This document shows positions 26,734 through 41,615 of a stretch of 64,000 nucleotides of DNA, one piece after another. The stretch is from Octopus sinensis (Eukaryota). The stretch spans positions 5,704,001 through 5,768,000 of the forward strand of contig NC_043004.1 of the NCBI RefSeq assembly GCF_006345805.1, written 5' to 3'. A model generated the notes under the pieces. It was given only the letters and a program-made list of their open reading frames with translations. It searched no databases and had not been told where the DNA came from. Each line of letters begins with the position of its first letter. The stretch's first letter is position 1. A program made the translations under genes and the position numbers.

Positions 26734-26970
26734 TCTATTTCTTTATTACCCACAAGGGGCTAAACATAGAGGGGACAAACAAGGACAGACATAGGTATTA
26801 AGTCAATTACATCGACCCCAGTGCGTAACTGGTACTTAATTTACTGACCCCGAAAGGATGAAAAGCAAAGTCGACTTCGGCGGAATTTTAACTCAGAATG
26901 TACCGACAGACGAAATACGGCTACGCATTTCGCCCAGTGTGCTAACAATTCTGCCAGCTCGCTGCCTTAA
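26734..26970 (-). mobile_element. Young SINE family B variant with 11-bp TSD
   Basis: Flanked by agggttttata on both sides (~26723 and ~26972); CpGs retained. Confidence 0.8.
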
Positions 26971-27342
26971 AGGGTTTTATACCTTCTCATTCTGAGTTAC
27001 CATAAGTGCAGCTGTCCTCTACTTTTCTAGATATGTTTGAAAACTAATCCCTACCTAATCACCAAGAGTTTGAACATTAATCCATGCCTAATCAGCATGA
27101 GTGGGAAATGCTCAAGAGAAAAGAAGGAAAAGGTATAATGACTTTGTAGGGTTGCATGTTTTACATATTTTGGTGTATGATATGGCTCAGCTCAAAATTT
27201 CCATGGTCTCTATTATTGAACATGGCCTCCCAGCATTTGTTCCCGTTCTCTGCACTTTTAGTTCGAATCCTACTAAGGTTTGCTTAACCTTTCATCCATT
27301 CAGGACCAATAAATAAAGTATGAAGCCAGTACTGTGATTGAT

Positions 27343-27553
<211 letters not shown>

Positions 27554-27943
27554 TTAGCTGTGGTCAAACTTAGGAAAATAGGCTCAACTAGGTTTAAATG
27601 CTATCGGCCATGGGCAACAACCCCATGACTCTGTTGGAAGTGGAGGGCCCAGGATGAAACACAAACATTTATTATTAGCTTTTGGTTGCATTATATTTCA
27701 TGATTTAGAAAAAAACAGTAATTTCATCTTGATTAACAATTACAAATCATTTTCTGTTACTCTCAGAATTTATTTTGTTAATCATGTTTAAAGAAAGTGT
27801 CAAAGAAAAACAAGATTGGAAAATGACCCAAGCTGCCCTCCAAAAGGCTTGCTTATAGAAATGCTGACACTCTGCACCAGATTTTGGGCATTTGCAAATT
27901 TGAGAACATCATAACTTTCAAATTTGAGTTAGTAGCAATGGCT

Positions 27944-27982
<39 letters not shown>

Positions 27983-29046
27983 CAATGGCTTATATATATA
28001 TATATTAACATTCACTTTTCTATGCTTGCATGGGTCAAACAAAAATTTTCTTCTATAGTTGGATGCCCTTCCTGTTATCAACCATCAAACCTGTTCTTAA
28101 GCAAAGTAATATTTTCCCCTGGCCAGGCAGGATTTTAACTGAAGACTAGAAATAAACGATGTCACTTGTGTGATTGATGATGATGCTTATTTACAGCCAC
28201 CATATGTGATGTATAAACACTAACACATACACTTGCATACATGTGCATATATGTGATGGGCTTCTTTCAGTTTCCGCCTACTAAATTTATTCACAAGGCT
28301 TTTGGTCAACCCAAGTCTGCAGTAGAAGACACTTGCCTTGTGTGTGTGTGTGTGTGTATACATAGATATCCACATTTCTATTTTTCACATGGGTTGGATG
28401 GGCCCTTTCCACCACAACCTTTCATCATTTGATTCATTCTCTGGTTATCCTTTTAGTGAGGTTCCACATCTCAAAGCCAGTTTCTATCACTCCTGCTCAA
28501 CTCTTCCTCTTCCACAGTTTCCTTCCACTTGGATATCCTGACAGTCCTTATTCTTTACCCTGTCTGTCATCCTCCATACACATCACTTGTCTATTCCAAT
28601 GCAGTCTTCATTCTTGCACTCTGCAATTGATTCCTCTTGTACCAAGTTTATCTCTCAGCTCATCTGTCTAGAGTGGTGTCAATATATATGTATATTTTCA
28701 ATGAATGTCCCACATAAGTTTTTTGACTTTTCAAATCTAACCAATCCTTGTCAAGGACACTGAATCAGATTTGAAACACCATCTTATTTATGTAGAACAC
28801 TTATTGGGAATAGTAAATAAACATATTACTTTATGTCAGAAGAATCTAGAAACTTCAAGACATGAAATAAATCAGTTTTGTCTTTTTTTTATGTAATGGT
28901 ATAACTTGAAGTAAAAGCTATAAATAATAGCATGTAAATATTGTGCTAAGAAACGTCTTGGATAAAAAAAGTCAAAGGCTACCCATGGTATGTGAACCCA
29001 ACTTCAACTTTTGCAGTCTAAAAGGGCTTATTTAACCCAATATATA

Positions 29047-29200
29047 CAAGGGGGTGTTGAAAAGTTCCTGGCTTTAAGGGTGTCATGAAAGGCCTGGTTG
29101 GGGGTTCAACCTTCTGAGTTCTTTTACAGTGCTTAGAAAAACTGAAGGACCACTGCAATAACTGTGTGAATCTGAGAGGGGAATATGTTGAATAAAATCG
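29047..29200 (+). mobile_element. Internally deleted mariner remnant (TIR fused to transposase C-terminus)
   Basis: TA|CAAGGGGGTGTTGAAAAGTTCCTGG TIR-like start, followed within ~50 bp by WL..QPSEFFY...EKL...CVNLRGEYVE*, the typical mariner C-terminus. Confidence 0.75.
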
Positions 29201-30300
29201 TAATTAACTGATGGAGAAAATATAACCATCTATTTTAATGTATTGGTTGTTGTTAAGTTACAGATCAATTGTGATCAAGCAGTTCTATTATCAAAAACAT
29301 TTTAGCCATGACCATCCTGTCCTTTTTTTTATATATCATGGACTACATTGTGTCCTTCATTTTTGATCTGAGGGAGATTTCGTTGCTATTTCCTGCAGGT
29401 TGAGAACCATGCATATGCTCCTTTTACGGGCTCATTTCTATTGATCATACATGTACAGGGACTTCATTTATAATGTTAGTATACTGTATAACAGGCTACC
29501 CCATTTATAATACCCACCCATCCACTACACTGATGTGGGAAGCTGCTGACAAGAAATGGCTTGTATAGTGTAACATATTCTTGAAAACCAATTATTTATT
29601 GAATGTCTTGACTTACAAATAAAGCCACCATGAATTTAGTATAACTGATAGAAAATCCAGAGAATCTACAGAAAATATAACATCAGATATGTTTTCATGT
29701 CTCATGTTATATTCCTTCAACCTCTCCATCATTTCACCCTGTTGCACATATGCATGCTCACACACACACGCACACAGTAAAGAGAAAACTGATATGAAGA
29801 ATTGCACTTGCAATATGCTGCGCAGTTGCATCAGAAGCCACAAGTCTGAAACAGAATGCTACTTGATGGTTGCAATTATGAAATGCTGTGTGCTTAAGAA
29901 GTTTATTTTGCAACAGCATAGTTTTGGGTTCAAAATGTCTGCACAGCATCTTAGTTGAGTGCTTTTTACTGTAGTCCACTGGTTCAACTGATGTCTTCTG
30001 AGTGGAGTTGGTAGACAAAAACTTTGAGGAAGTCCACCATCTGTGTTGTGTTTTCCCCCATCCCCCTAACTTGTCTTGACATTACACTCTAGATATAAAC
30101 AAAATAAAGTCATACAAGTGATGATGTTTGTTTGCAATCTTCCATAAAAACATGTCTGGACTGTGAAGAAAATATTATCTTGTTTAGAAACAGGTGTGGG
30201 TTGGTGACAGGTAAAGCATCCACTATTGAAAATTTGTCTCAACAAATCTTGTCTGAGCCATGCAAGCATGGAAAAGTAGTCTTCATGACATTATTGTTAC

Positions 30301-30334
<34 letters not shown>

Positions 30335-33056
30335 GGATCAACTTTACCTTTCATCCTTTTGGGGTTAATAAAATAAGTACCAGTTGAGTACTGGGGCTGA
30401 TGTAATCAACTTACCTCCTCCCCCAAAATTGCTGGCCATGTGCCAAAATTTGAAACCATTGTTGTTGTTGTTATTTAAGAATCACAAATATGGATTCAAA
30501 AACTGCATACTCACACAATTTTATTCCATCTGACTCTGGATTGAAGAAAACATGATTTTTGACCTTTCATGGCTTTGAAATTTGGGTTCATTAAGGTCTA
30601 ACAATTAACCATAGTTTGTGTTATCATGTTTATATATTTCTCAGAAATACTTTTGTGATAAAGAACTAGTTGAAGTTTGAAAATTTGGTAAACAGTAGAT
30701 TTATATCTTAATTGTAGTCGAACTGTTTTAATATTGTTTCTTCTTTCATCTGTCTTTACATTCTGAGTTCAGCTTCCGCCAAGGTTGACTTTGCATTTCA
30801 TCCTTTCAGTACCAGTTGCATACTGGGGGTTGATCTAATTGACTGGCCCCCTCCCCAAAAATTTCAGGCCTTTTGCTTAGAGTAGAAAAGAATATTGTTT
30901 CATGTTCAGTTGAAGGCTATAATATAATTTTTTCGGAGCTCACAAGTTTCTGGAACTTTCAAATTTCTATCTATGTCATTCTAAAAATAAACTATCGCAT
31001 CATTGAAATCTCAAAGCAGCATTTCTCCCAATTTTACATTCTGAGTTCAGATTCTACCAAAGTTAACCATACTGCTTAGCCTTTCAGAGCTCAATAAGAT
31101 AAATACCAGTTCATCACTGGGGTCAATGTAAAAAACTTACCCTCTGCCCCTAAATTTGCTGGCCTTGTGCCAAAATTTTAAAGAATTACATTTGACAGAG
31201 TAATCTGAATGTTAAAGGGTTCAATCTCCAATTGGATCTTTTTTTCTTTTTCTTTTTTCTTTTCTTTTTTTTTTTATCTTGAATAGAAATGAAAGAATGT
31301 CAACAACTTCTGTGGGTATCCATCTTAGTTTTAAATATCTTCCTTTGAAATTTATACCTGGTACATTTTTGAGAGGGTTACCATAAAACATTCTGGAATC
31401 TGCTAATATCTTTACATAAGAGTCATGTATCCCACCCAGTTATCTCAAGCAAGCTTGCAATATTAGCCTGGCAAACATATTTATCAGAATTTTTCTTGTG
31501 CCGATGTTAGCCAGCTAATATTTGTGATAGAATAGATACAACATTGATGGAAGTACCCCAGCTGCTGCTGTAGCTGTTATCTTTGTTAGACCCAAGATTC
31601 TTGCAACATAAACGACCAGTACTTTAATGTCTATAATGACTGTAGCATCATTGAGACTAATCTTACTAATTATGCTGAATCACTGCACTATCTTAACTGC
31701 GTTGAAATATCGCAGATGTGGAATACCACCAGCATTTCCTTGCATGCTTTGTAGCACAAACATGTGTGTCATTCATGGAACTAAAATGTCTGAGTAATTT
31801 TGTGTGTGTGTGTGTGTGTGTAGGACTTTAATTTTAAAAGTTTTAATTTCAACAAAAGCACAAATATTAAATTTGAATTCTAACATAGTAACTGATATTC
31901 TATAATTTTTTTTGCTATGTAGTATGATATACGCTAACTACTTTATTATTTATTAGGTCTTATAACCTTTCTAACCAAGAGTAAGTTCCATTTTGGTCAT
32001 AAGGAAAGGCAGCAGGTTGGTAGAATCGTTAGCACACCGGAAAAAATGCTTAGCGGCATTTCTTGTGCTTTTACTTTCTGAGTTCAAATTCTGCCGAGAT
32101 TGACTTTGACTTTTATCCTTACAGGGTTGATAAAATAAGTACCAGTTGATGTAAGTGACTAACCCCTCCCTCCAAAATTTCATGTCTATAGTAGAAGGGA
32201 ATTTTATGTGGTTAGGAAGTCTACTCAGGACTTAAACATATAAAGGATTTGAAACCAATTTTAGAATTCACTTTCATTTCCAATGCAGTTCACCTTTACC
32301 TTTAAAGATAGTAGAATGAATAGAAAAACAAATTGCCTAATAGATGCAGGACAAATGGTGTAATTATTCAGACCATCACTAAATGACACTGTATATATTT
32401 TCCATGAATTTCTGCTACTTTTAAAACCCAATAGCTCTGATTCATTATTATGATTGTGTTACTTCAAGTCACATGTTTTCAATTCAAATTACTTGATTTT
32501 TACAATTATCAGATGTTGACAAATGTGATCATTCAATAAATATGTCAAGTATAAGAATTTGGGAAACTGAGTTGATAACATAGATTAAATGAGTTAATTT
32601 CACTATTGGTATTTATCTAATTAAGGTGCAGGCATGGTGTGCGATTGAGAAATTTACTTACTAACCACATGGTTTCTGGTTCAGACCCACTGTATAGCTG
32701 GATGGAAACAAAAAAAAAACCTGTCATATATGTGTGTGTGTGTGTGTATGTATGTTAGTGTGTTTATATCTCCTTGTCTTGACATTGCATGATTGATGTA
32801 AATGGATGTTATTCATTTCCAATATTCTGCAAAAGTATGTTTGATCAGTGGAAAATATTGCTTTGCTTGGAAAGCTGTAAGAGTTGGTGACAGGAAGTGC
32901 CTCCAACCATAGAAAATCTCCCTCAATAATCTCCATATCTCAATCTAACCCATGCAAGCTTGGAAAAGTGGATGTTAAAATGATGATGTATAAAGCTTCT
33001 AAGCCAAAATTGCTGACCTAGTGCCAAAATTTGAAATCATCATCATCAGCAGCAGC

Positions 33057-33248
33057 AAGGCAGTGAGCTGGCACATTTGTTAGTATGCTAGACAAAATAC
33101 TTTGCTTTGAGTTCAAATTCTACAAAGGTTGACTTTGCCTTTCATCCTTCCGGGGTCAATAAAATAAGTACCAGTTGAGCAATAAGGTTGATGTAATCAA
33201 CTAGCCCCCTCCCCCATATTTTCAGGCCTTGTGCTTCCAGTAGAAAGG

Positions 33249-33283
<35 letters not shown>

Positions 33284-33527
33284 CATTAATGCGGTGAGCT
33301 GGCAGAATCATTAGCACACAGGACAGAATGCTTACCAGTATTTCACCTGTTGCTACATTCTGAGTTCAAATTCTGCCAAGGTCAATGACTTTGCCTTTCA
33401 GGGTCGATAAAATAAATAGCAGTTGAGCACTGGGGTTGATTTAATCGACTCATCCCCACCTCCCCTAAGCTGCCCTTATGGCAAAATCTTTAAATCATCA
33501 TCATCATCATCATCAATAATAATAATG

Positions 33528-33571
<44 letters not shown>

Positions 33572-33795
33572 GATTCAGGTAGCAAATTGGCAGAAATGTT
33601 GACACTTCAGATGAAATGCTTAGCTGCATTTCTTCTGGTTTTTTACAATCTGAATTCAAATTCCAGGAATATTGACTTTGTGTTTCATCCTTTCAAGATT
33701 TGTAAAATAAATACCTGTTGATCACTGTGGTCAATATAATCGACTTATCTCCTGCTCCTAAAATTGCTGGCCTTGTGCCAAAATTTGGAGCCATT
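33057..33795 (+). mobile_element. Three tandem SINE family B copies separated by (ATT)n/(AAT)n
   Basis: Repeated 'g.gagctggca...ttagc...ctgagttcaaattc...gactttgcctttca...taaaataa' modules. Confidence 0.75.
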
Positions 33796-34999
33796 ATTGT
33801 ACAAGAGATGGAAAACACAACTGGAATTCATAACTTTTTAAAATTTAAACTCCATATCAATTATCCAGTTCTGTTTAACACCAGCTTGGCATCCTATCTT
33901 TCAATTGGTGTCAAATAATGGTTAGTTTTGTATAAATTATTGACAAGTAATTGATATCCCTTGATAAGTAGCTTCAAATATCTGATGGATAGTTCAAATT
34001 CCTGATAAATCAATATAGAAGTAATGGAAACTAGAGAAAGGAAAAAAAGATACGTTTGCAACAAGTAAAGGTCATGGGAATTTTATTTATTTATTTGTCT
34101 TTTAAATCCATTTACATTCACTGTGTGGATTTGTTTGTTGTAGTGTACAACCTCTGAGTATTCACTGCTGTAAATCTTTTGTAATGGCCTTTAGGAAACA
34201 GTTAGTTTTTTTTTTCCCAGCTCCTATATTTGCATCTCTGCTTTATCAGCATAAATTTTTGTCAAAGCACAGTGTGAGAAATTAATTTTCCTTTTTTTTT
34301 TTAAGGAAAAAAAAAACCCCACAGTGTTTAATGTTAAAATAGAACAGGAAATAACGTGGGAGAACCCTAGAAAAAAAATAGGTGTTTGACAGTTCTACAT
34401 ATACTATCAGCTCTGGAATGAACTGAATGTGTTCAGATAAGAAACTTAGCACTTTCTATGGCCGGTTGTAGTATTGTGGGAGATTTTTTAATATTAGTCA
34501 CCAAGCTTTGAAAACCAATTCCTAGCTTGAATTTTCATCACTGTAGCAGCATTGATATAGGAAATGTAGTCCCCAGTTGTTTAGCATTGACTTCTGATAA
34601 GCTAATCCATTCTGGCTCTTCCTGTGTTTGGAGTAGGGGAAACTAGCAGTATACTTATGTATATTCTAACAATTATAGGTGACAGTAGTTTCGATAACCC
34701 TCACCAGATGAAGAATATGATAATGGTTGCTGTATAAGACATCTGTTAAGTCATCTTTGTTTCCTCAATTTCTATCATTAAATTTTTGGAGTCTTTTCAT
34801 TAAAAGTCACGAAGCTCATATTACTATGGCATTTTTGTTTGTTGTCTTTTTTACTGTATTATTATCTAAATGGCAGCAAGCTGGCATAATCAATCAATAG
34901 CATGTTCGATAAAATGCTTAGTAGCATTTCCTCTGGCTCTTATGTTTTGAGTTCAAATTCTATCAAGGTCGATTTTGCCATTCATCCTTTCAGGATCAA

Positions 35000-35226
35000 T
35001 TAACCCTTTAGCATTTAATCTAGCCATATCTTGCTCAAATATTCTGCTTGTTTTATTTAAAACTGACCAGATCCAACCTCTCACACCTGCACTACAATTT
35101 CATTTTAATAATGTACAAGCACATCCTTGAAATCTTGAAGCAACAAAATAATGCATGATTGATTCAAAACAAGGTGAATAAATAAGAAATACATTTGGCA
35201 AATAAACCTGACTGCTAATGGGGTAA
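35000..35226 (-). mobile_element. piggyBac-type MITE copy (reverse orientation)
   Basis: ttaaccctttagcattt...gctaatggggtaa termini; reverse complement of the 6931 copy. Confidence 0.72.
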
Positions 35227-35589
35227 ATAAGAACCAGTTGAGCTCTGATACCACTGGGTACTAGGTGGTGGAGGATGACAAACACACACACACACACACA
35301 CACGCACACACACATGCACACACACACACACACACACACACACACCACACACTCACACATAGTGGGTTTCTATGCAGCCTCCATTTACCAAATTCCCTCA
35401 TAAGGCATTGGTCAGTGCAAGGCAATAATAGAAGACCCTTGCCCAAGGTGTTGCACAGTGGAACTGAACCTAAAACCACATGACTGCAATGCAAGCTTCT
35501 TACCCACACGGCCATGTCAAATGTTTTGCTTATTTAGTCTGAGGAGGGCCCATAACTTTTGCTGGTTCTCTTAAATTTGTAATATCAAT

Positions 35590-36135
35590 GTGTTTTATGT
35601 TTAGGGTTGATGTGTATAGATGAGGACAGTTGCGTAAAGAAATACTGAGATCTAATTATGGAGGGAACCTGTGGAAGGGGTAGAGCAAAGAAGACTTGGG
35701 ATAAAGTGGTGAGAAAGGATCTTTGGATGGTGGGCTTCATTGAGGAGAGGACAAAGGACCGGGAGTTGTGGTGATTTACTGTACTTGATAAGATGCATCA
35801 AGCTAAGTAAAACCAGTCTTCCACACATGCAGGCTTGGTCTTTCAGGTGCCAAGGCCACATAAAAAGCACCCATGTGGGTGCTACATTAATGCATCTGTG
35901 CTGGTGCTGCATAAGCACACCTGTGACAGTGACATGTAAAAGCACCCAGCACACTCTGTTAAGTGGTTGGCATTAGGAAGGGCATCCAGCTGTAGAAACC
36001 ATGCCTCAACAGACAGTTGGAGTTAAGACAGATCCATGTCGAACCATCCAACCCAATGCCTGAACAGACAGTTGGAGTTAAGACAGATCCATGTCGAACC
36101 ATCCAACCCAAGCGGACGTTAAATGATGATGATTT
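35590..36135 (+). mobile_element. RTE LINE 3' end with 3' UTR and (GAT)n tail
   Basis: GRAKKTWDKVVRKDLWMVGFIEERTKDRELW-like end of ORF, then the UTR motif 'gtggttggcattaggaagggcatccagctgtagaaac...ggacgttaaatgatgatgat' that recurs through the window. Contains an internal 55-bp-period duplication at ~36008-36110. Confidence 0.7.
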
Positions 36136-36471
36136 GTAAGTGAAGAAAAACATGGGTAGGGTGCAAGGGGAGGGGATTTCAGCTCTGAATAGGAAGAACT
36201 GTGCAATGCATTATTGTGGAGATGGTGGGGAGGATGAGAGGCAGATGAATCAGATGAGATGGATGAAGAACTTGTTTCTCTTGCTGTGAGGGAAAATAAA
36301 ATAAAAGTTACACACTACAAACATGGGCATGGCTGTAAGTATAAGAAGTTTGCTTCCCAACCACATGGTTCTGGGTTCAGATCCACTGCATGGCACCTTG
36401 GGCAAGTTTTTTCTACTATAGACCCAGGTCAACTAAAGCTTTGGGAGTGGATTTTGTAGAAGATGCCTGTC

Positions 36472-36513
<42 letters not shown>

Positions 36514-37529
36514 CCATGCATGCATGCGTGTGTGTATGTGTGTGCACATGTGAGTGCGCATGTGTATGTGTGTGTGCATGTGAGAGTGCATGTGAATGTG
36601 CACGTGTGCACGTATGTGTGTCTGCATGTGTATATGTACATGTTTGTGTGTGCTTGTGTGTGTGTCTCTGTGTATGTTTGTGTGAGTGTGTGTGTACATG
36701 TGTGTAACTTAACAGTTCAGCAAAAGAGTGTGATAAAATAAGTACCAGGTTTATTGAACAAAGTACTGGCGTTAATTTATTCAACTAAAACTCTTGAAGG
36801 TAGTAGGTGCCCCAGCATGACCACAATCCAAATGTTTGAATTAAGTTAAAAGAAGAAAAAAAAGACTACAGTAAAAATATTAAGGCTTGCTAATGTCTTC
36901 AGCAATTTACGTTTCCTTCTCACACATCCATCAGTCAAATGTATTTATCAAAAGGAATTTGTAATATTAATCAAACCTCACTGTTAGTGTGATTGCTTTG
37001 GTAGCAATTTCTTCAAATAACACTTCCTTTGTATAAATACATTCGCTTTAAATTGGTTGAATGGGCTCAGTGTGTGTGTGTGAGAGAGAGAGGGAGAGAG
37101 TGTGTGTGTGTGAGAGAGAGAGAGTGTGTGTGTGTGTGTATATATGTGTTGTACATATGCTCTAATTGGTAACTGTTTGTAATGGAATTTAAAATACATT
37201 AACATATTCTTTTTTTATCTTTGAGAATCAAATCCGAAACCAGATTGGATATCATCACAGTTTTTTTTTTCTATTTCTTTTTCTAAACTCATGACTGGTT
37301 TCTTGTAGTAAGTATTAGGAACTTGCTACTAATCAATACACACACACACACACACACACATGAGTAATATTCGTAGCCACTTCAAGATGGCTCTCTGTTT
37401 GAACAGACTGTACTGCGATTTTTTAACCCTAAGAGGACATCTCTTCTAGCTGGTTAACAATGCAGAGCTGCATCCGATAAATTGTGAGCAGGGGAGCGAA
37501 CCCCTACTACCTTCTAGCGAGGGAACCAG

Positions 37530-37595
37530 TAGACCAGACCTGGTTTCAGGCTGTTTCTGCCACTCTCCGGTACTGGACACCTCGTCTGCTAGAGA
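37530..37595 (-). ncRNA. Degenerate type I hammerhead-like motif (CAGACGA...GAAAC-cag-GUC)
   Basis: Minus strand: CAGACGA (37588-37582; one mismatch to CUGANGA), a partial stem II, GAAAC (37547-37543), cag, then GUC (37539-37537). Lies in a GC-richer insert next to (TA)n at 37633. Confidence 0.45.
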
Positions 37596-37630
37596 TGACA
37601 GTAGCTTGCCTCTGCTTGCAATATCGACTG

Positions 37631-37678
<48 letters not shown>

Positions 37679-37829
37679 TGACGTCTTTATTCAAGGCAAT
37701 GCCCCAGCATGACCACAGTAAAACTACTGGAGCAAGGAAAAGAAGATATATATTCTTTTATGCTTTTATGTTTCATCCCTAAGGCTGTGGCCATGATGGA
37801 GCCCCACCAGTATGATCACCTTTTCAATG

Positions 37830-38290
37830 GCTAATCTTATGTGATTGGCTTTTGATGAAGGAGGGAGTCCGACACTGCTGCACTCTTTTGAGTTTCCAGA
37901 CTTGATATTGGTTCATCTGGGACCTTGGATAGCAAGAGGTCAAGTTGTTTCTTGAAAACATCTATCCCTACTCCATGAAGATCCCGCAGATGTTTTGGGA
38001 AGGCATTAAATAGTTGTAGACCCTTGAATCCCAAGTTATTGTAGTACATGGTCTTCACTCTAGACGAGATAGCTGGGAACTTTGGAACAGTGCAGTGACA
38101 TCCTGTTCAGAGGCTGGCATAGCTTACAATACCAAAGTTTGGTGCCAGCCCCTCCAGGATCTCCTGTACACATATCACTGCATACCTCTCTCGCCTTCCC
38201 TCCAGGGAATAGAGTCATAGCTCTTTCAGTCTCAACCAGTAGCTCAGCTGTTCCATTGATGCAATCTTCTTGGTTTAGCACTGCTGAACT
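37830..38290 (-). mobile_element. Old CR1-type LINE 3' fragment
   Basis: GFKGLQLFNAFPKHLRDLHGVGIDVFKKQLDLLLSKVPDEP...SDSLLH is homologous by eye to the C-terminus of the 9.9 kb LINE ORF; frameshifted upstream. Confidence 0.82.
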
Positions 38291-38446
38291 GCTTCAAGTT
38301 CTGCTATTATACATGCATACATACATAAATACATACATACAAATGTTCATATATACGTAAACACACACACAGATGTACATATATAGATTAATGCATATGC
38401 ACACACATGTATACTTGTGTGTGTGTGTAGATATATTTATATATGT

Positions 38447-38850
38447 AGGTGCAGGCTTGATTGTGTGGTAAGAAGCTTGCTTCCCAACCACATGGTTCCA
38501 GGTTCAGTCCCATTGTGTGGTACTTTGGGCAAGTGTCTTCTACTATAGCTTCAGGCTGACCAAAGACTTGTGAGTGGATTTGGTTGACGGAAACTGAAAG
38601 AAGCCCGTCATATGTGTGTGTGTGTGTGAGTGTGTATTTGTGTGTCTGTATTTGCCCCCCCCCCCATCACTTGACAACCAATGTTGGTGCATTTATGTCC
38701 CTGTAACTTAGCGGTTCGACAAAAGAGACCGATAGAATAAGTAGTAAGCTCACAAAGAATAAGTCCTGAGATTGATTTATTCGACATAATTGCTGCAGCA
38801 TGGCCACAGTCAGACGACTGACACAAGCAAAAGAATAAAAGAATAAAAAC
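38447..38850 (+). mobile_element. SINE family A copy
   Basis: Same head, centre, microsatellite and tail as 18625-19045. Confidence 0.82.
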
Positions 38851-40679
38851 GTATGCATGTGTGTTGGCACACCATTACATATGTATGAATATGAATACAC
38901 ACATACATACTAGAATGAATATACATACATTGGTTTCAAATTTTGACTCACCAACAGCAATTTTGGGGGAGGGGATTCATTAATTACATCGACCCCCTGT
39001 ACTCCACTGATGCTTATTTTATTGATCCCAAAATGATGAAAGGCAAAGTTGACCTCGGTGGAATTTAAACTCAGAACATAAAGAGGACAAAATGCCACTA
39101 AGCATTTCGCCCAGCATGCTAACAATTCCACCAGTTTGCCACCTTGATAGATACACATATATTCTTTTCTACTCTAGGCACCAGGCCTGAAATTTTAGGA
39201 GAGGGGGCCAGTCAATTAGATCGACTCCAGTACACAACTGGTACTTAATTTGCCAACCCTGAAAGGACGAAAGGCAAGGTCGACTTCAGCAGAATTTGAA
39301 CTCAGAACGTAAAGACAGACAAAATAAATATACATATATTAACATGTACATGCGTGTTCACATACATGATAACAGTTTCAATAAAACACTGACCTGCTCT
39401 AGCCATAGCTGCAACCATGAAAGCTGTGTCTCAGTCACACGGAAGACATGAATAAATTCTATATTCCTTGCCTTTTCATCCAATGCTGTATGAGAAATTG
39501 GAAATTATTTGTTTATTTATTTATTTATTGTTTAATTTAGTTGGAGAAGGCAAAAACCTCATGCATGACCTTTATAGCCCCACCACTCCTTGACTGGTGG
39601 TGTTGAAGCAATTAATGTTGGGTTGAAACCTTCATATACACTGTATGAGAAATGTTGAATGGGAGAGAAGAGCTTCACAGAGATCTCCAGTCTGGAAAGA
39701 AAGGATTGAGAGAATTCTTTCATACAGGATTTGTGGAATGAGGCACAGTACAGAGAATGAAAGAGGTTGGGACGTGAAATGGACATGGGCAGTGAAAGTA
39801 GATATGTGACTTAGTGGTCAGGCTGTTGCATTCATGATTGCAGGATCATAGTTTTGATTCCTGGATAGTGAGGCATGTTTTGTTCATTTCACGTTGCTCC
39901 ATTCTACTCAGCTGTGAATGAGCAACTCTGTGACTGGCCGGTGTCTCATCCAGGGGGAATCTTTGTTATCTTAGTCACTTATATGCCATGGAAACTGGGC
40001 AACTGGCCATATGAGTCTTAGGATTTGAGGCATTAATGTCCAGGGATTAACATCAGCAGCGGCAGTGGCTGCAGCTGCAGAGATGGATCTGGTGGTGGTT
40101 GCTGCTGCTGTTGTGGTGGTGGTGGTGGAAGATTTGTAGTGACCAGAAAGACGTGAGGTGATTGAAGCTTGTTAGATGTGTAGTGTTAATGTACGTAGCT
40201 AGCAAGGCCCAAGTGACCTGGGAGAAGAGCTAAGCATGAAAGGCATCAATTGGTGTATTTAGGAGATATTACTGTAATGGCATGAACTCATGGTGTGAAT
40301 GGGTATGGGGTGGGAGTGGGTGAACAATTGCTGTATATTGACAATGATATTCATGGCAGAATAACATCGAGGAAGATGTGGAAAGAAGTGAAGAGGTTAG
40401 GATGAAGTTAATTTCACAGATGAATTAGCACATAAAAGAAAAAAGAAAATGGCAAGATGAGTGGCTATATGCTTGACAACAGAAACATTTAATGTATACC
40501 AGCTTACACTTAATCACTCTTTCCTGTCTCAAAGAAAAAAAAAAGGATGGATGGTCAAGGCTGGTATGCTTATGATCAGGCCTGACCCGGAGACTGAGGA
40601 CCATAAATTTTATCATTACTATTTCATCACCAGTCAGGCGCCCTCCTTGTGCCCAGGGCTCAGCTTGCCTCCAGTTCCC

Positions 40680-40960
40680 TCTGTGTTGTGCTATATGTAT
40701 ACAATCAACCAGGCTCTTGTTTCCAGTCCATTCTTTGATGCCATTATGATGGCCTTGGTCAGTGTTTTGTGGCATGTCATATGTTCAAAATATGATAGCT
40801 TTGTAGGCTTGATTTTCAATAATATTTATCTTTGTGCTTTTAGCTTTTCTTGTACTGCAGCATTTGTTGTCCTGTCTTTCCAGCTTATTCTGCCCATTCT
40901 GTGAAAGATCCAAGATCCACATCTCATAGGCTTCTATCTTCTCCATTGCTTAATACTGAT
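40680..40960 (-). mobile_element. Degenerate RTE-clade LINE fragment
   Basis: Minus strand WIFHRMGRISWKDRTTNAAVQEKLK...LLKIKPTKLSYFEH resembles the RTE motif W..RRM.RISW.D..TN..V...I..RKL.YFGH. Confidence 0.65.
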
Positions 40961-41162
40961 AAAAGCTGTAAGGTGGTGGAGCTGATAAATACCAATTGAG
41001 CACTAGGGTTGATATAATTAACTTACCTGTTTCTTTGAAATTACTGGCCTTGAACTAGATTCTTATCAAATGCCTTAGGACTTAAAACTTGATAACATTA
41101 ACTTTGACCTCATCCTTTTTCTCTTTCCTTCATACATGTCTTCAAATTTTATATTAATTGAC

Positions 41163-41521
41163 TTAACCATTTAGCCTTCAGAATACTCTATCAGACGAAA
41201 TGCTTATCTATTCACATTGTTTTAAATTAATTATGCATCATCTTGTAGCTTCACAATGTCAATGATGTGACTGTCTTATTTTTAGAATGACATTATAGAA
41301 TAGGTGTGAGAAGTTAGGCGCAGGAGTGGCTGTGTGGTAAGTAGCTTGCTTACCAACCACATAGTTCCGGGTTCATTCCCACTCTGTGGCACGTTGGGCA
41401 AGTGTCTTCTACTATAGCCTTGGGCTGACCAAAGCCTTGTGAGTGGATTTGGTAGGCAGAAACTAAAAGAAGCCCATCGTATATATGTGTATATATATAT
41501 ATATGTATATATATATATTTA

Positions 41522-41615
<94 letters not shown>

